The notes under the pieces: generated by a model | Database searches by the model: none | Seen by the model: only the letters and a program-made list of their open reading frames with translations | What the model was told of the DNA's origin: nothing | Translations under genes and position numbers: made by a program | In this document: positions 29,027 through 38,384 of the stretch, in pieces | Layout: the number at the start of each line of letters is the position of its first letter | Numbering within the stretch: position 1 is the first letter of the stretch | Source: Spirochaetia bacterium | Lineage (GTDB): Bacteria; Spirochaetota; Spirochaetia; UBA9216 | Reading direction: 5' to 3' | DNA: 64,000 nt | Assembly (NCBI GenBank): GCA_965140585.1 | Contig: OZ223269.1 | Span: forward strand, 928,001-992,000

Positions 29027-29614
29027 GTGTATATGTTAGAGATTATTGATGATTTAATAAAAAAGGTGAAAATCCAACGTGATCTTCATAGTTATTTTGA
29101 ACAAAAAAGAAAAGCTCTATCGATTTTAATTAAGGTTATAAATATATTAATTCCTGGATTACTTACTTTAATAGCATTCGCGGATTTTGATTATATTAGT
29201 ATTTTGATTAAAATTGAAAACACCAGATATATTATAATTTTCTTAGGAATACTTTCTTTTTGCTTGTTCGTAATTAGTATTTTTGATGAAATATTCAATT
29301 TAACAACTAATTTTCGTTCTCATAGGTTATCAATTGAACAATATTCTTTATTAATAAGAGATATCAAAATTTTTAAGAAGAAAATTGATAAATTTCAAGA
29401 TAATGAAATAATTAGAAAGATAGAAGCATATAATGAGAGATATATGCAAATATCATCATCATCATTAACTTTTACTGATAAAGAATATCTTAAAGCAAGC
29501 AAAGCAAGTAAAATTAAAAAGAGAATAAAATTAGAAATTTCAAGAAATCCTTTCCAAAGTATAATATTTTTAAAGTTGAAATATAGATTTGGTATCAAAA
29601 AATATAATGCATAA
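29027..29614 (+). CDS. Two-TM protein, SLATT-like
   Basis: N-terminal helix, two TMs, H..S..QY..L C-terminal helical region. Confidence 0.6.
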   Translation: MYMLEIIDDLIKKVKIQRDLHSYFEQKRKALSILIKVINILIPGLLTLIAFADFDYISILIKIENTRYIIIFLGILSFCLFVISIFDEIFNLTTNFRSHRLSIEQYSLLIRDIKIFKKKIDKFQDNEIIRKIEAYNERYMQISSSSLTFTDKEYLKASKASKIKKRIKLEISRNPFQSIIFLKLKYRFGIKKYNA

Positions 29615-29754
29615 CAAAAATTTTGGAGCAGTCGCCGTCTATTGTCATGATTCTGGCGGAGACGTTCCGCGCTGATCGCGCTACACTCCAGAATCACGCC
29701 AATTCCTTCCGCTTCGCTCCAGGATCGAGGGCGCAGCTCAAATTGTCGTTATGC
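29609..29754 (+). repeat. attC site 18 (variant)
   Basis: GCATAAC (contains stop)...GTTATGC. Confidence 0.88.
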
Positions 29755-29867
29755 ACCCGCTTCGCGGGATATAGAATTTCAATCTTTGATAGAATACTTG
29801 TTTTCTGGTGTCATTTAGAGTAAATTTTTGAAGATATATTTTTAACAAATCAGGAAAAAATGTAAAG

Positions 29868-30740
29868 ATGGCTGAATATAAAAACCAACATTATGTACCG
29901 CAATCTTATCTTGAAGGGTTTAAAGCTAAGAATTTACCAAATGAATGGGAGAAAACTTCTGCGATATGGGTATTAGATAAAATATCAGGTGAAATAAGGC
30001 TAAAATCAATAAAGAAAACAGCTTCTAAAAACTATTATTATTCATTTATTGATAAAAATCATGAAATGAATAATGAAATAGAGAAATGTTTTAATCAAAT
30101 AGAAAAAGAGTATAGTTTAATTAGAGGTACAATTAAGAATCTTATAGAAGAAATTAATTTATCTAATACAGCATACAATATTAATCCCAAATATAAGAAA
30201 CTAATATCAGAATATTTTTATATACAAATGATAAGAGTTCCTAGGGTATTTGAGGAATTAAAAGGAATTGCTAAGAATATTAATTTGAGCTTAAGTGATA
30301 AATATAATGAAGAATATGATGAAAATGAAACACAAATTTTAACATTAAGAATGTTATCGAAAGTTGGACGATATAAAAATATAAATTTTTATGAAAATTT
30401 TATGAAAAGAACTTTATATATTGAATATTTCCCAAGGACTAAAGTATCTATTGCCACTTCAGATTCACCAATAATGATGTATGATGAAACCAGAGGCGCT
30501 GGTTTAGCATATGAAACAACAAAAATTTGTTTGGTATTAGGTCCTTCAATAATTTTAACATTAGGGGAGTTTGGAGATGATATTAAGATTTTAAAGCGTC
30601 GTGAATTATCAATGGCTTCTGATTTTAATAACTTAATTGGTTTAAAAAGTGATAAAGAAATTTATAGCAATAATCCCCAAACATTAGTTAATATTGGAGA
30701 AAGAATTGGAATAAAAACAAAGATTATTAATAAATCATAA
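29868..30740 (+). CDS. DUF4238-family protein
   Basis: QHYVPQSYL..F, NYY, IE..F..IE, TSDSP motifs. Confidence 0.82.
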   Translation: MAEYKNQHYVPQSYLEGFKAKNLPNEWEKTSAIWVLDKISGEIRLKSIKKTASKNYYYSFIDKNHEMNNEIEKCFNQIEKEYSLIRGTIKNLIEEINLSNTAYNINPKYKKLISEYFYIQMIRVPRVFEELKGIAKNINLSLSDKYNEEYDENETQILTLRMLSKVGRYKNINFYENFMKRTLYIEYFPRTKVSIATSDSPIMMYDETRGAGLAYETTKICLVLGPSIILTLGEFGDDIKILKRRELSMASDFNNLIGLKSDKEIYSNNPQTLVNIGERIGIKTKIINKS

Positions 30741-30754
30741 GAAAATGTTAAAAT

Positions 30755-30900
30755 GCATAACAAATGAAATACAGTTGTCGCCGTCTATTGTCACGATTCT
30801 GGCGGAGACGTTCCGCGCTGATCGCGCTGCACTCCAGAATCGCGCCAATTCCTTCCGCTTCGCTCCAGGATCGAGGGCGCAACTGATTTCGTCGTTATGC
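30755..30900 (+). repeat. attC site 19 (variant)
   Basis: GCATAAC...GTTATGC; core nearly identical to site 18. Confidence 0.88.
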
Positions 30901-31073
30901 ACACGCCTCCGGCGGGCAAGAATTTCTTATCGTACATTGACTTCCTGCTTTTGTGGGTTATTTGGGATATAAAAGAAAAACTCCGTTTAGTCACGTAATA
31001 AAAGTGAAAAGATATACGTGAAAAAAGTTGATTTATACGTATATAAGTGGTAAATTATTACGTGGAGGGTAGT

Positions 31074-31316
31074 ATGAATAAAAAGCTTACACTCAATGTA
31101 GACGAATCGCTAATAGATTTTGCTAAAACATATTCAAAAGAAAGTAATCAATCAATATCCAACATCTTTGAGAAATATCTAATCAGATTAAAGACTGAAA
31201 CAAAATCGGTAGAAATTTCTGAAGATGCAAGAGAATTATACGGAATAATAAGTAAAGATGAACTTCCAGATAAAAAGGAAATGAGAAAGAGATTTTATGA
31301 AAAAAGTATTGATTGA
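31074..31316 (+). CDS. RHH antitoxin (DUF6364-like)
   Basis: KKLTLNVDESLI..AK.Y....SIS.IFE.YL; TTGATT-17-TAAATT promoter with TACGT repeats upstream. Confidence 0.78.
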   Translation: MNKKLTLNVDESLIDFAKTYSKESNQSISNIFEKYLIRLKTETKSVEISEDARELYGIISKDELPDKKEMRKRFYEKSID

Positions 31317-31707
31317 TTTAAATATAATAATAGATTTTCTCAATAAAAGAGATGATCATGAAGCAGCTCTTGCAGTATATGATAAATGTGTAAAGAAAGA
31401 GATAAAAGGCTTTGTAAGCTCACATGAAATAACGACTTTATCATATTTCCTGGAAAGAGAAAAATATGAAAGAATAAAGAGAAATAAGATAATTTCAAAT
31501 TTACTAGATAACTTAAGCGTCCTGACGGCCCATGAAGAAATATTAAGAAAATCTATGATATCAGAATTAGAAGATTATGAAGACGCAGTAATTGATGAAT
31601 TAGCTTTGAATGAAGGAATTGATTTTATAGTAACAAGAAATTTGAAAGATTTTAAGAAATCAAGAAACAAGATATATACAGCAAGAGAAATTTTGGATGT
31701 GATTTAA
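31297..31707 (+). CDS. PIN-domain (VapC-like) toxin
   Basis: VLIDLNIIIDFL...DYEDAV...IVTRNLKDF. Confidence 0.88.
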   Translation: MKKVLIDLNIIIDFLNKRDDHEAALAVYDKCVKKEIKGFVSSHEITTLSYFLEREKYERIKRNKIISNLLDNLSVLTAHEEILRKSMISELEDYEDAVIDELALNEGIDFIVTRNLKDFKKSRNKIYTAREILDVI

Positions 31708-31722
31708 GAAAAGGAAAGAGAA

Positions 31723-31893
31723 GTGGGGAAAATAAATAAAGAGTGGCATGAGAAGAATAAGATGCCAGAAAAAGCTACAGAAGAACAAAGAATAGAATGG
31801 CATCTTGAACATGTGAAATACTGTGCTTGTAGACCGATTCCCAAAGGTGTAATAGAAATAATGAAAAAGAAAAATATCACAATCCCAGATTGA
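31723..31893 (+). CDS. 56-aa His/Cys-containing small protein (not in ORF track)
   Basis: GTG start after AAGGA; MGKINKEWHEKNKMPEKATEEQRIEWHLEHVKYCACRPIPKGVIEIMKKKNITIPD. Confidence 0.7.
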   Translation: MGKINKEWHEKNKMPEKATEEQRIEWHLEHVKYCACRPIPKGVIEIMKKKNITIPD

Positions 31894-31937
31894 TTGTTTA
31901 AAATAATTAAAGAGAAATGAATTTAAGAATTATAAAT

Positions 31938-32076
31938 GCATAACAAGAGATTTGGAGTAGTCAAAATTTATTGTCACGATTCTGGCTAAAGACGTTCGGG
32001 CAATGGCCCTCACTCCAGAATCGCGCCAATTCGGCGAAGACGCCGAACAATTTTGCTACTCAAATCGTCGTTATAC
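31938..32076 (+). repeat. attC site 20
   Basis: GCATAAC...GTTATAC. Confidence 0.93.
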
Positions 32077-32171
32077 AGATATGAAGTGTGGGTAAATATC
32101 TTTGTATACAAAATATGAATTTTAGGTTTAAAATAGGATGAATTTATAGATTAACTAAAAAAAGAGATGAA

Positions 32172-33029
32172 ATGAGATTGTTAAAAAAATTACATAAAAG
32201 AATATATGAGATCATTGAACCTGCAGATAAAGCTGACATTCAAAGCAAATGTTTCGATATTACAATAATAGTATTGATAATCGCCAATATCGTCTCAGTG
32301 ATTTTAGAATCTTTTTCAAATTTACAAGTTACATATAGGATTTGGTTTGATGTATTTGAGATAATATCTGTAATTATTTTTACAGTAGAATATTTGCTTC
32401 GATTGATAACAGCTGTGCATAAATATCCAGGAGAAAATGCATTTAGAGCTATTATAAAATATATTTTATCGCCAATGGCGATAATAGATTATTTTGCAAT
32501 AATTCCGTTTTATATTCCTCTATTAATAAAGATAGATTTGAGATTTTTAAGAATATTAAGATTAACAAGACTTTTAAGAATATTAAAAGTAAATCGATAT
32601 TCAAAATCATTACAATTATTAGGAAAAGTTTTAAAAAGGAAAAAAGAAGAATTAGTTGTAACCCTGTTTGTTACAATGATTTTGATGCTATTAGCTGCAT
32701 CAATAATGTATCATGTTGAATCAGATGTTCAACCCGACGCATTTCCAAATATTATTGCTTCGTTTTGGTGGGCAATCGCAACGCTAACAACTGTAGGTTA
32801 TGGTGATATTTATCCAGTTACAATATTAGGAAAAACATTAGCGGGTTTGATAGCTTTATTAGGTATTGGTTTGGTAGCGTTGCCAACTGGAATTATTAGT
32901 TCAGGGTTCATGGAAGAATTTAATGAAGATAAATTAAGAAAGAAGAGAAGGACATCTAAGAATAGTATTTTGAATAAACGAAGATTATCAAGAATGGAAA
33001 GAAAAAGAATGAAGAAAAATACTGTATAA
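32172..33029 (+). CDS. Voltage-gated potassium channel (6TM)
   Basis: S4 LRFLRILRLTRLLRILK; TTVGYGD filter. Confidence 0.93.
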   Translation: MRLLKKLHKRIYEIIEPADKADIQSKCFDITIIVLIIANIVSVILESFSNLQVTYRIWFDVFEIISVIIFTVEYLLRLITAVHKYPGENAFRAIIKYILSPMAIIDYFAIIPFYIPLLIKIDLRFLRILRLTRLLRILKVNRYSKSLQLLGKVLKRKKEELVVTLFVTMILMLLAASIMYHVESDVQPDAFPNIIASFWWAIATLTTVGYGDIYPVTILGKTLAGLIALLGIGLVALPTGIISSGFMEEFNEDKLRKKRRTSKNSILNKRRLSRMERKRMKKNTV

Positions 33030-33161
33030 CAAGAGAAATGCAGTAGTCAAAATCTTTGTCACAGTTCTGGCAGAGACACTTCGCGCTGATCGCGCTACGT
33101 TCCAGAACTGCGCCAAGCCCCGAAGACTCGGCCGATTTTGCTACTCAAATCGTCGTTATAC
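33024..33161 (+). repeat. attC site 21
   Basis: GTATAAC (contains stop)...GTTATAC. Confidence 0.92.
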
Positions 33162-33201
33162 AGACGTCCGATATGGTGGAAAAATATCATGAAGGCATGA
33201 A

Positions 33202-33582
33202 ATGAAAAAAAGAAATAATATAGAAATAAAGGTTAAAATCAAATTACTGTATCATAATCTTAAAAAGGTTCTTTCGAATAATATTATAATTTCGGTAATC
33301 GCTTTATTGATCACACTCGGATTCACTAATCAGTTTCGAAAAACATCACATGAAGAAATTTACATGAATGCTTTAAGAATGTTGTTAATCTCAATGATTT
33401 CTTTTGGATTTGGAATTTCATTGATATTCAGTGAATGGATACGTCGTGATGAAAATCATTTATATTGTCTTTATGGAATAAATAGAATTAAGAGATATGG
33501 TATTTTATACTTTTTGAATTTTATAATTGTAATAGCTGTGTTCCTAATTGGCATTCAAATGAGAAAATTTATATATGGATGA
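33202..33582 (+). CDS. Small membrane protein
   Basis: 3 hydrophobic segments; overlaps the ABC ATPase gene. Confidence 0.65.
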   Translation: MKKRNNIEIKVKIKLLYHNLKKVLSNNIIISVIALLITLGFTNQFRKTSHEEIYMNALRMLLISMISFGFGISLIFSEWIRRDENHLYCLYGINRIKRYGILYFLNFIIVIAVFLIGIQMRKFIYG

Positions 33583-34216
33583 ATTAGTAATTGAAGGCAT
33601 AAACTATTCTTATAAGCATGATAAGCTCTTGGGCAATATTCATTTTAAAATGAAGAAAAAAGGAATATTTGGTCTTTTTGGATTGAATGGTGCCGGGAAA
33701 ACAACATTCTTTAACTATCTATCTGGAAAAAATAGTGGCGAAACTGGGTTATTAAAGATAAATGATAGACTAATAGAAAATAAAGAAAGATGGAAATATT
33801 TTAGTTATTTAAATCAGAGAAATTTTCTGCCTTTTGATATGAAAGTAAAAACCGCAATTAAAATATTATCCTCTTCAATAGATTTTGATGAAAGAATAGA
33901 TAAATTAAAAGAATTTAGAATAGGAAAATTATCAGGAGGGGAGAAACGGTATTTAGAAACTCTTATAATATTAGGATTGAATAGAAAATTTATATTATTG
34001 GATGAACCCTTTTCTGAAATTGAACCAATGTATATAGAAAAGTTAAGTAGAATGATTAATAAGAAGAGCCAGGAGAATGGTATAATTATAACAGATCATA
34101 ACCATCATGCTGTTCGTAAAATAAGTGATGAGATAGGAATTTTAAGAGATAGAAAAATTATTAAAATAAATAATACAGATGAAGAATTAAAAATGAAAGG
34201 ATATTATGTAAAATAG
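33575..34216 (+). CDS. ABC transporter ATP-binding protein
   Basis: GLNGAGKTT, LSGGE, LLDEPF, ITDH. Confidence 0.88.
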   Translation: MDELVIEGINYSYKHDKLLGNIHFKMKKKGIFGLFGLNGAGKTTFFNYLSGKNSGETGLLKINDRLIENKERWKYFSYLNQRNFLPFDMKVKTAIKILSSSIDFDERIDKLKEFRIGKLSGGEKRYLETLIILGLNRKFILLDEPFSEIEPMYIEKLSRMINKKSQENGIIITDHNHHAVRKISDEIGILRDRKIIKINNTDEELKMKGYYVK

Positions 34217-34224
34217 AAATAGCT

Positions 34225-34362
34225 GTATAACAAAAGATTTGGAGTAGTCAAAATCTTTGTCACAGTTCTGGCAGAGACACTCCGCGCTGATCGCGCTACG
34301 TTCCAGAACTGCGCCAAGCCTCGAAGACTAGGCCGATTTTGCTACTCAAATCGTCGTTATCA
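34225..34362 (+). repeat. attC site 22
   Basis: GTATAAC...GTTATCA. Confidence 0.92.
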
Positions 34363-34427
34363 AGACGACTGCCCCACGATTAGTGGACACCTGCTATAGT
34401 TAGATTTAAACTAAATAGGGGTGAAAA

Positions 34428-34736
34428 ATGGGAAAGAGAAAAGTCCAAGCGTACACAGAAGAATTCAGAAAGGAGGCCGTAAGACGGTCTGAGAAAGAAG
34501 GGGTTACAGCAAAGCAGGTAGCCGAAGAATTAGGGATTACCGTACAGCAAATCTATAACTGGAAAAGACAATATAATAAATTAATCGGCCGGCAATTCAA
34601 GACCGTTGATGGTGTAGATTATTCAAAAATAGAAAGCGAAGAATTAAGAGCACTTAAAAGAGAGAACAAACGTCTAAAAGATGAGAATGCATTCTTAAAA
34701 AAAGCTGCTGCGTACTTTGCGAACGACCAGGAGTGA
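34428..34736 (+). CDS. IS3 transposase OrfA
   Basis: YTEEFRKEAV...VAEELGI...NWK HTH, leucine zipper, LKKAAAYF. Confidence 0.92.
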   Translation: MGKRKVQAYTEEFRKEAVRRSEKEGVTAKQVAEELGITVQQIYNWKRQYNKLIGRQFKTVDGVDYSKIESEELRALKRENKRLKDENAFLKKAAAYFANDQE

Positions 34737-35599
34737 AGTACGCTGTGATATATCATTTTATAGGTCAGTATGCAATAACCCTGATGTGTCGTGTTCTTGA
34801 AGTATCTCGTTCAGGATTCTATAAATGGTTCAACTGTAAATCCTCAAAGCGAAAGGAACGAGAAGAGAAATATACAAAACTCGTTTTAGATACGTATAAA
34901 GATTTTCAGGCTATTTATGGAGCGAGACGAATTGCTGATGAGCTGAATGATTTAGGTTATGAGTGCAGTGAAAATTATATAGCTAAAATCATGAAGGATA
35001 ATGAAATAAAGGCATTAAATGGAAAAGGTTTCAAATATCCTAAGAAAAGTCTTGCAATGAATAATGTTTTTGAGAATATATTATTTCGTAATTTTACAGC
35101 ATCTAAACCTAATGAAAAGTGGACCTCAGATATCACGTATGTATGGGTGAAAGATAAATGGATGTACCTGGCTGTAGTAATGGATCTATATTCAAGAAAG
35201 ATAGTCGGCTGGGCTTTAAGAGATTATATGACAGAAGATTTAATAAAAGAAGCCTTTTCAGTAGCGATGGGACGAAGGAATTTTGATAGTGCTCCAATAG
35301 TTCATTCTGATAGAGGAGTGCAATACAGAGCCCAGGACTACATAGATTATGTAAGATCATTTGGCTGTGAGATAAGTATGAGCAGGAAGGGTAATTGTTG
35401 GGATAATGCACCGATAGAATCCTTCTTCAGCAGGTCGAAGGTTGAGATGATCTATCCCAATAATTATCAAACAGTAGAAGCATTAAAAGCTGGCGTGTTT
35501 GAATATATTGAGATATTCTATAACAGGAAGAGGAAGCATTCAGCATTAGGCTATGTGAGTCCAGCTGAATACGAAGAGCAAATGGAATTAGCTGCATAG
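34733..35599 (+). CDS. IS3 transposase OrfB (DDE)
   Basis: WTSDITY, HSDRGVQY, CWDNAPIESFF. Confidence 0.93.
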   Translation: MKYAVIYHFIGQYAITLMCRVLEVSRSGFYKWFNCKSSKRKEREEKYTKLVLDTYKDFQAIYGARRIADELNDLGYECSENYIAKIMKDNEIKALNGKGFKYPKKSLAMNNVFENILFRNFTASKPNEKWTSDITYVWVKDKWMYLAVVMDLYSRKIVGWALRDYMTEDLIKEAFSVAMGRRNFDSAPIVHSDRGVQYRAQDYIDYVRSFGCEISMSRKGNCWDNAPIESFFSRSKVEMIYPNNYQTVEALKAGVFEYIEIFYNRKRKHSALGYVSPAEYEEQMELAA

Positions 35600-35635
35600 T
35601 TAGGCTGTCCACTTTTTGTGGGGCACTCCAGGATC

Positions 35636-36467
35636 ATGAGTACCATTTCAACTGATATTGTTAAATCCCGGATGGAGGCCCTTGGCCTTTCTTTTATGGC
35701 AGCCGGTTTTGACTCCTTCTTGAGTGACCAGTCCAGACGGGAGAATACTCTTTTAGAGGTTCTTTCCGACCTTGTTGATCTTGAATATCATCCGCGAAAA
35801 GAACGTATGGCAAGAACACGGTTGAAGGTATCAGGAATTCCTCAGCATAAGAATCTTGAAGACTTTGACTTAAGCTGGCTGAAAGGCGGTCTCACACAGA
35901 AAAAGTTTAATGAACTTTCCTCTTTGAGCTTCATTGAACGTAAAGAGAATATCATTCTGCTGGGACCAAGCGGGCTTGGCAAAACTCATCTGTTATTGGC
36001 TCTGGGGCATAAAGCCTGTATGAATGGATTTACCGCCTACTATATAACCTGTGTAGATTTACTTGAGCGACTTATGAAATCCAGAGAATAGGGAAAATTC
36101 AGTAGAAAGCTTCAATGGTTCTCAAAGCCGCATGTTCTATTGGTTGATGAAGTTGGCTATGAAAATCTTACTACGGAACAGGCTACTTTATTTTTTCAGC
36201 TTGTTAATACCCGATATGAAAATGGTTCGATTATCTTAACTTCAAATAAAAACTTCGGACATTGGGGAGAAATCATGAATGATGATGCAGTGGCTACCGC
36301 CACACTGGACAGGCTGCTCCATCATTCTCATGTTCTCAGTCTTGAAGGAGATTCATACCGGATGAAAGACAGGTTGAAAATAGGAGTCGTTGACTTCTAA
36401 TATATTTTTGCCGGAAAACTGAAGTTTAGCTCCGGTGAAAACCTGCAGTTTTAGAACGGTGTTGACA
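35636..36467 (+). pseudogene. istB: IS21 remnant: istB with internal stop (36089) and right end; istA missing
   Basis: GPSGLGKTHL, VDEVGY, ATLDRLLHH, GDSYR; end repeats terminating TTGACA at 36467. Confidence 0.88.
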
Positions 36468-37550
36468 AAGTTTGAGAAATTGGGAATGGAAGGATTGAAA
36501 ATTCAGCCGACAATTCCGCATCATGTACCGAATAAGACACCAAAAGCAATAGAAGTCGCAATCATAAAAATACGAACAACGAAAGAAACTAAAAACTGGG
36601 GTGCAAATAAGATACTGTGGAAATTAGAAAAAGAGGGAGTTTACGAAAAGCTTCCGGCTCGCTCAACAGTCAGTTTGATATTAAAGAGAAATGGATTAAT
36701 TCCTGAACGTAAAAAAAGAAAAAGGGTAGAATCAGAAAGGCCGATCATTGATCCTCAAGAATCGAATGAAGTATGGAGTGCTGATTTCAAAGGGCAATTC
36801 CGGATGGGGAATGGAAAATATTGTTATCCTCTAACAGTATGTGATAGTAAATCAAGATTGATAATTGAGATAAAAGGTTTACATAAAACAGATTACGAAA
36901 CTGTTAAGGCAATTTTTTAAAGGGATATTTCAAGTATATGGACTCCCTAAACAGTTACATACGGATAACGGAGTTTCTTTTGCAAATGTAAGGGCTTTAG
37001 GCCGCCTAACAGCGTTTGGTGTCTGGCTGATGGATTTGGGAGTGAAACCAGCCTATTCAGATCCAGGACACCCTTAACAGAATGGTCGATATGAAAGAAT
37101 GCATAGAGAATTGAAAGCTGCAACATGCCAAAGCCTCAGTAGGAACCTTCAAGCACAGCAGGTTAGATTCACAAGTTAAAGAAGTTTTATAATAACGAAA
37201 GGCCACATGAAGCTTTAGGTATGAAGACACCGAATAGTGTTCATGAGAAGTCTAAAAGAGTCTAAGAAGAAGAAATAAATAAATGTGAGTATCCAGTAGG
37301 ATACAAGATTAAGCATGTTTGTAATAACGGAATAATAAGAGTAGGTAGAACAGATCAGATATTTGTAACAACGGTTTTGAAGGGTAAAGAAGTAGGATTA
37401 GAGGAGATAGGAGAGGGTATTTACCGTCTGTATTATCGCAATTATTGGTTTGGATATTTGGAGGAACAGCACTTCAGGTGTATGATATTCAGGAGTACAG
37501 TTACGTACCGAGACTGTAGATCAATGTGTACACAAAGCTCGGTCTGAACA
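36468..37550 (+). pseudogene. IS481-family transposase remnant with right end
   Basis: WGANKI, WSADFKGQF, HTDNG, RPHEALGMKTP with several stops; terminal ...CTGAACA. Confidence 0.82.
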
Positions 37551-37732
37551 TACTTTGGGACGTTTTGAATAAAATTAGAGCATATACTTATAAATCGTTT
37601 ACAGGTAATAAAATATTCCATTTTTTTTGATTCCTTGCTCAAATTAATAAATCTTGAATTATATAAAATTGATTGAAACAATACGCATTAATGTGTATAT
37701 TTGCATTATATAATACACATTAAGGAGTTTTT

Positions 37733-37927
37733 ATGAGAACAAATATAGTTATTGATGATAGTTTAATGAATCAAGCTATTGAATTATCCGGATATAATAC
37801 AAAGAAAGAAACTGTTGAAGAAGCGTTACGAATGTTAATAAAATTCAAGCAGCAGAATGCTATAAGATCATTAAGAGGGAAATTAAAATGGGAAGGGGAT
37901 CTTGATGCAATGAGAAGTGATAAATGA
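37733..37927 (+). CDS. vapB: VapB antitoxin, second copy
   Basis: 62/64 aa identical to 21765..21959. Confidence 0.88.
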   Translation: MRTNIVIDDSLMNQAIELSGYNTKKETVEEALRMLIKFKQQNAIRSLRGKLKWEGDLDAMRSDK

Positions 37928-38316
37928 TTGTTGTAGATACCTCAGCTTAGATAGACTATTTCAATGGTAAAAAATCTCCTCAGACTGATAGACTGGATAA
38001 AGATTTAGGAACTGAAAGAGTAATTATAGGAGATCTAATAATTACAGAATTGCTGCAAGGATTTAAAAACGATAAAGACTATGAAATAGCCAAGAAATTA
38101 ATAGAAAGTCTGGAATTTAGAGACTTCGTTGGTAAAGAAATAGCAATCCAGGCCGCGGACAATTATAGATATTTAAGAAAAAAGGGAGTAACTGTTAGAA
38201 AAACAATAGATGTTTTGATAGCTACTTTTTGTATAGAAAATGAATACGAATTAATCCATAACGATAAAGATTTTGAACCTTTTGAAGAATATCTTGGCTT
38301 AAAAATTAGAATTTAA
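37924..38316 (+). pseudogene. vapC: VapC toxin, nonsense mutation at codon 9
   Basis: TGG->TAG at 37948-37950 relative to the copy at 21956. Confidence 0.88.
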
Positions 38317-38384
38317 AAATTGAATTTCCTACTCGTTTAATAAAGCAATAAAAATTATGTAATAATCAGTAAATCAAAGTATCC

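Larger units (their letters stand above)
34365..35630 (+). mobile_element. IS3-family insertion sequence
   Basis: IRs TGCCCCACGATTAGTGGACA / TGTCCACTTTTTGTGGGGCA(CTCCA); orfA/orfB; A7G slippery motif 34697-34704. Confidence 0.92.

Noticed and set aside
36435-36920. ORF as an intact transposase
   Set aside because: Its first 11 codons come from the IS21 end; the rest is a headless IS481 fragment with stops downstream.
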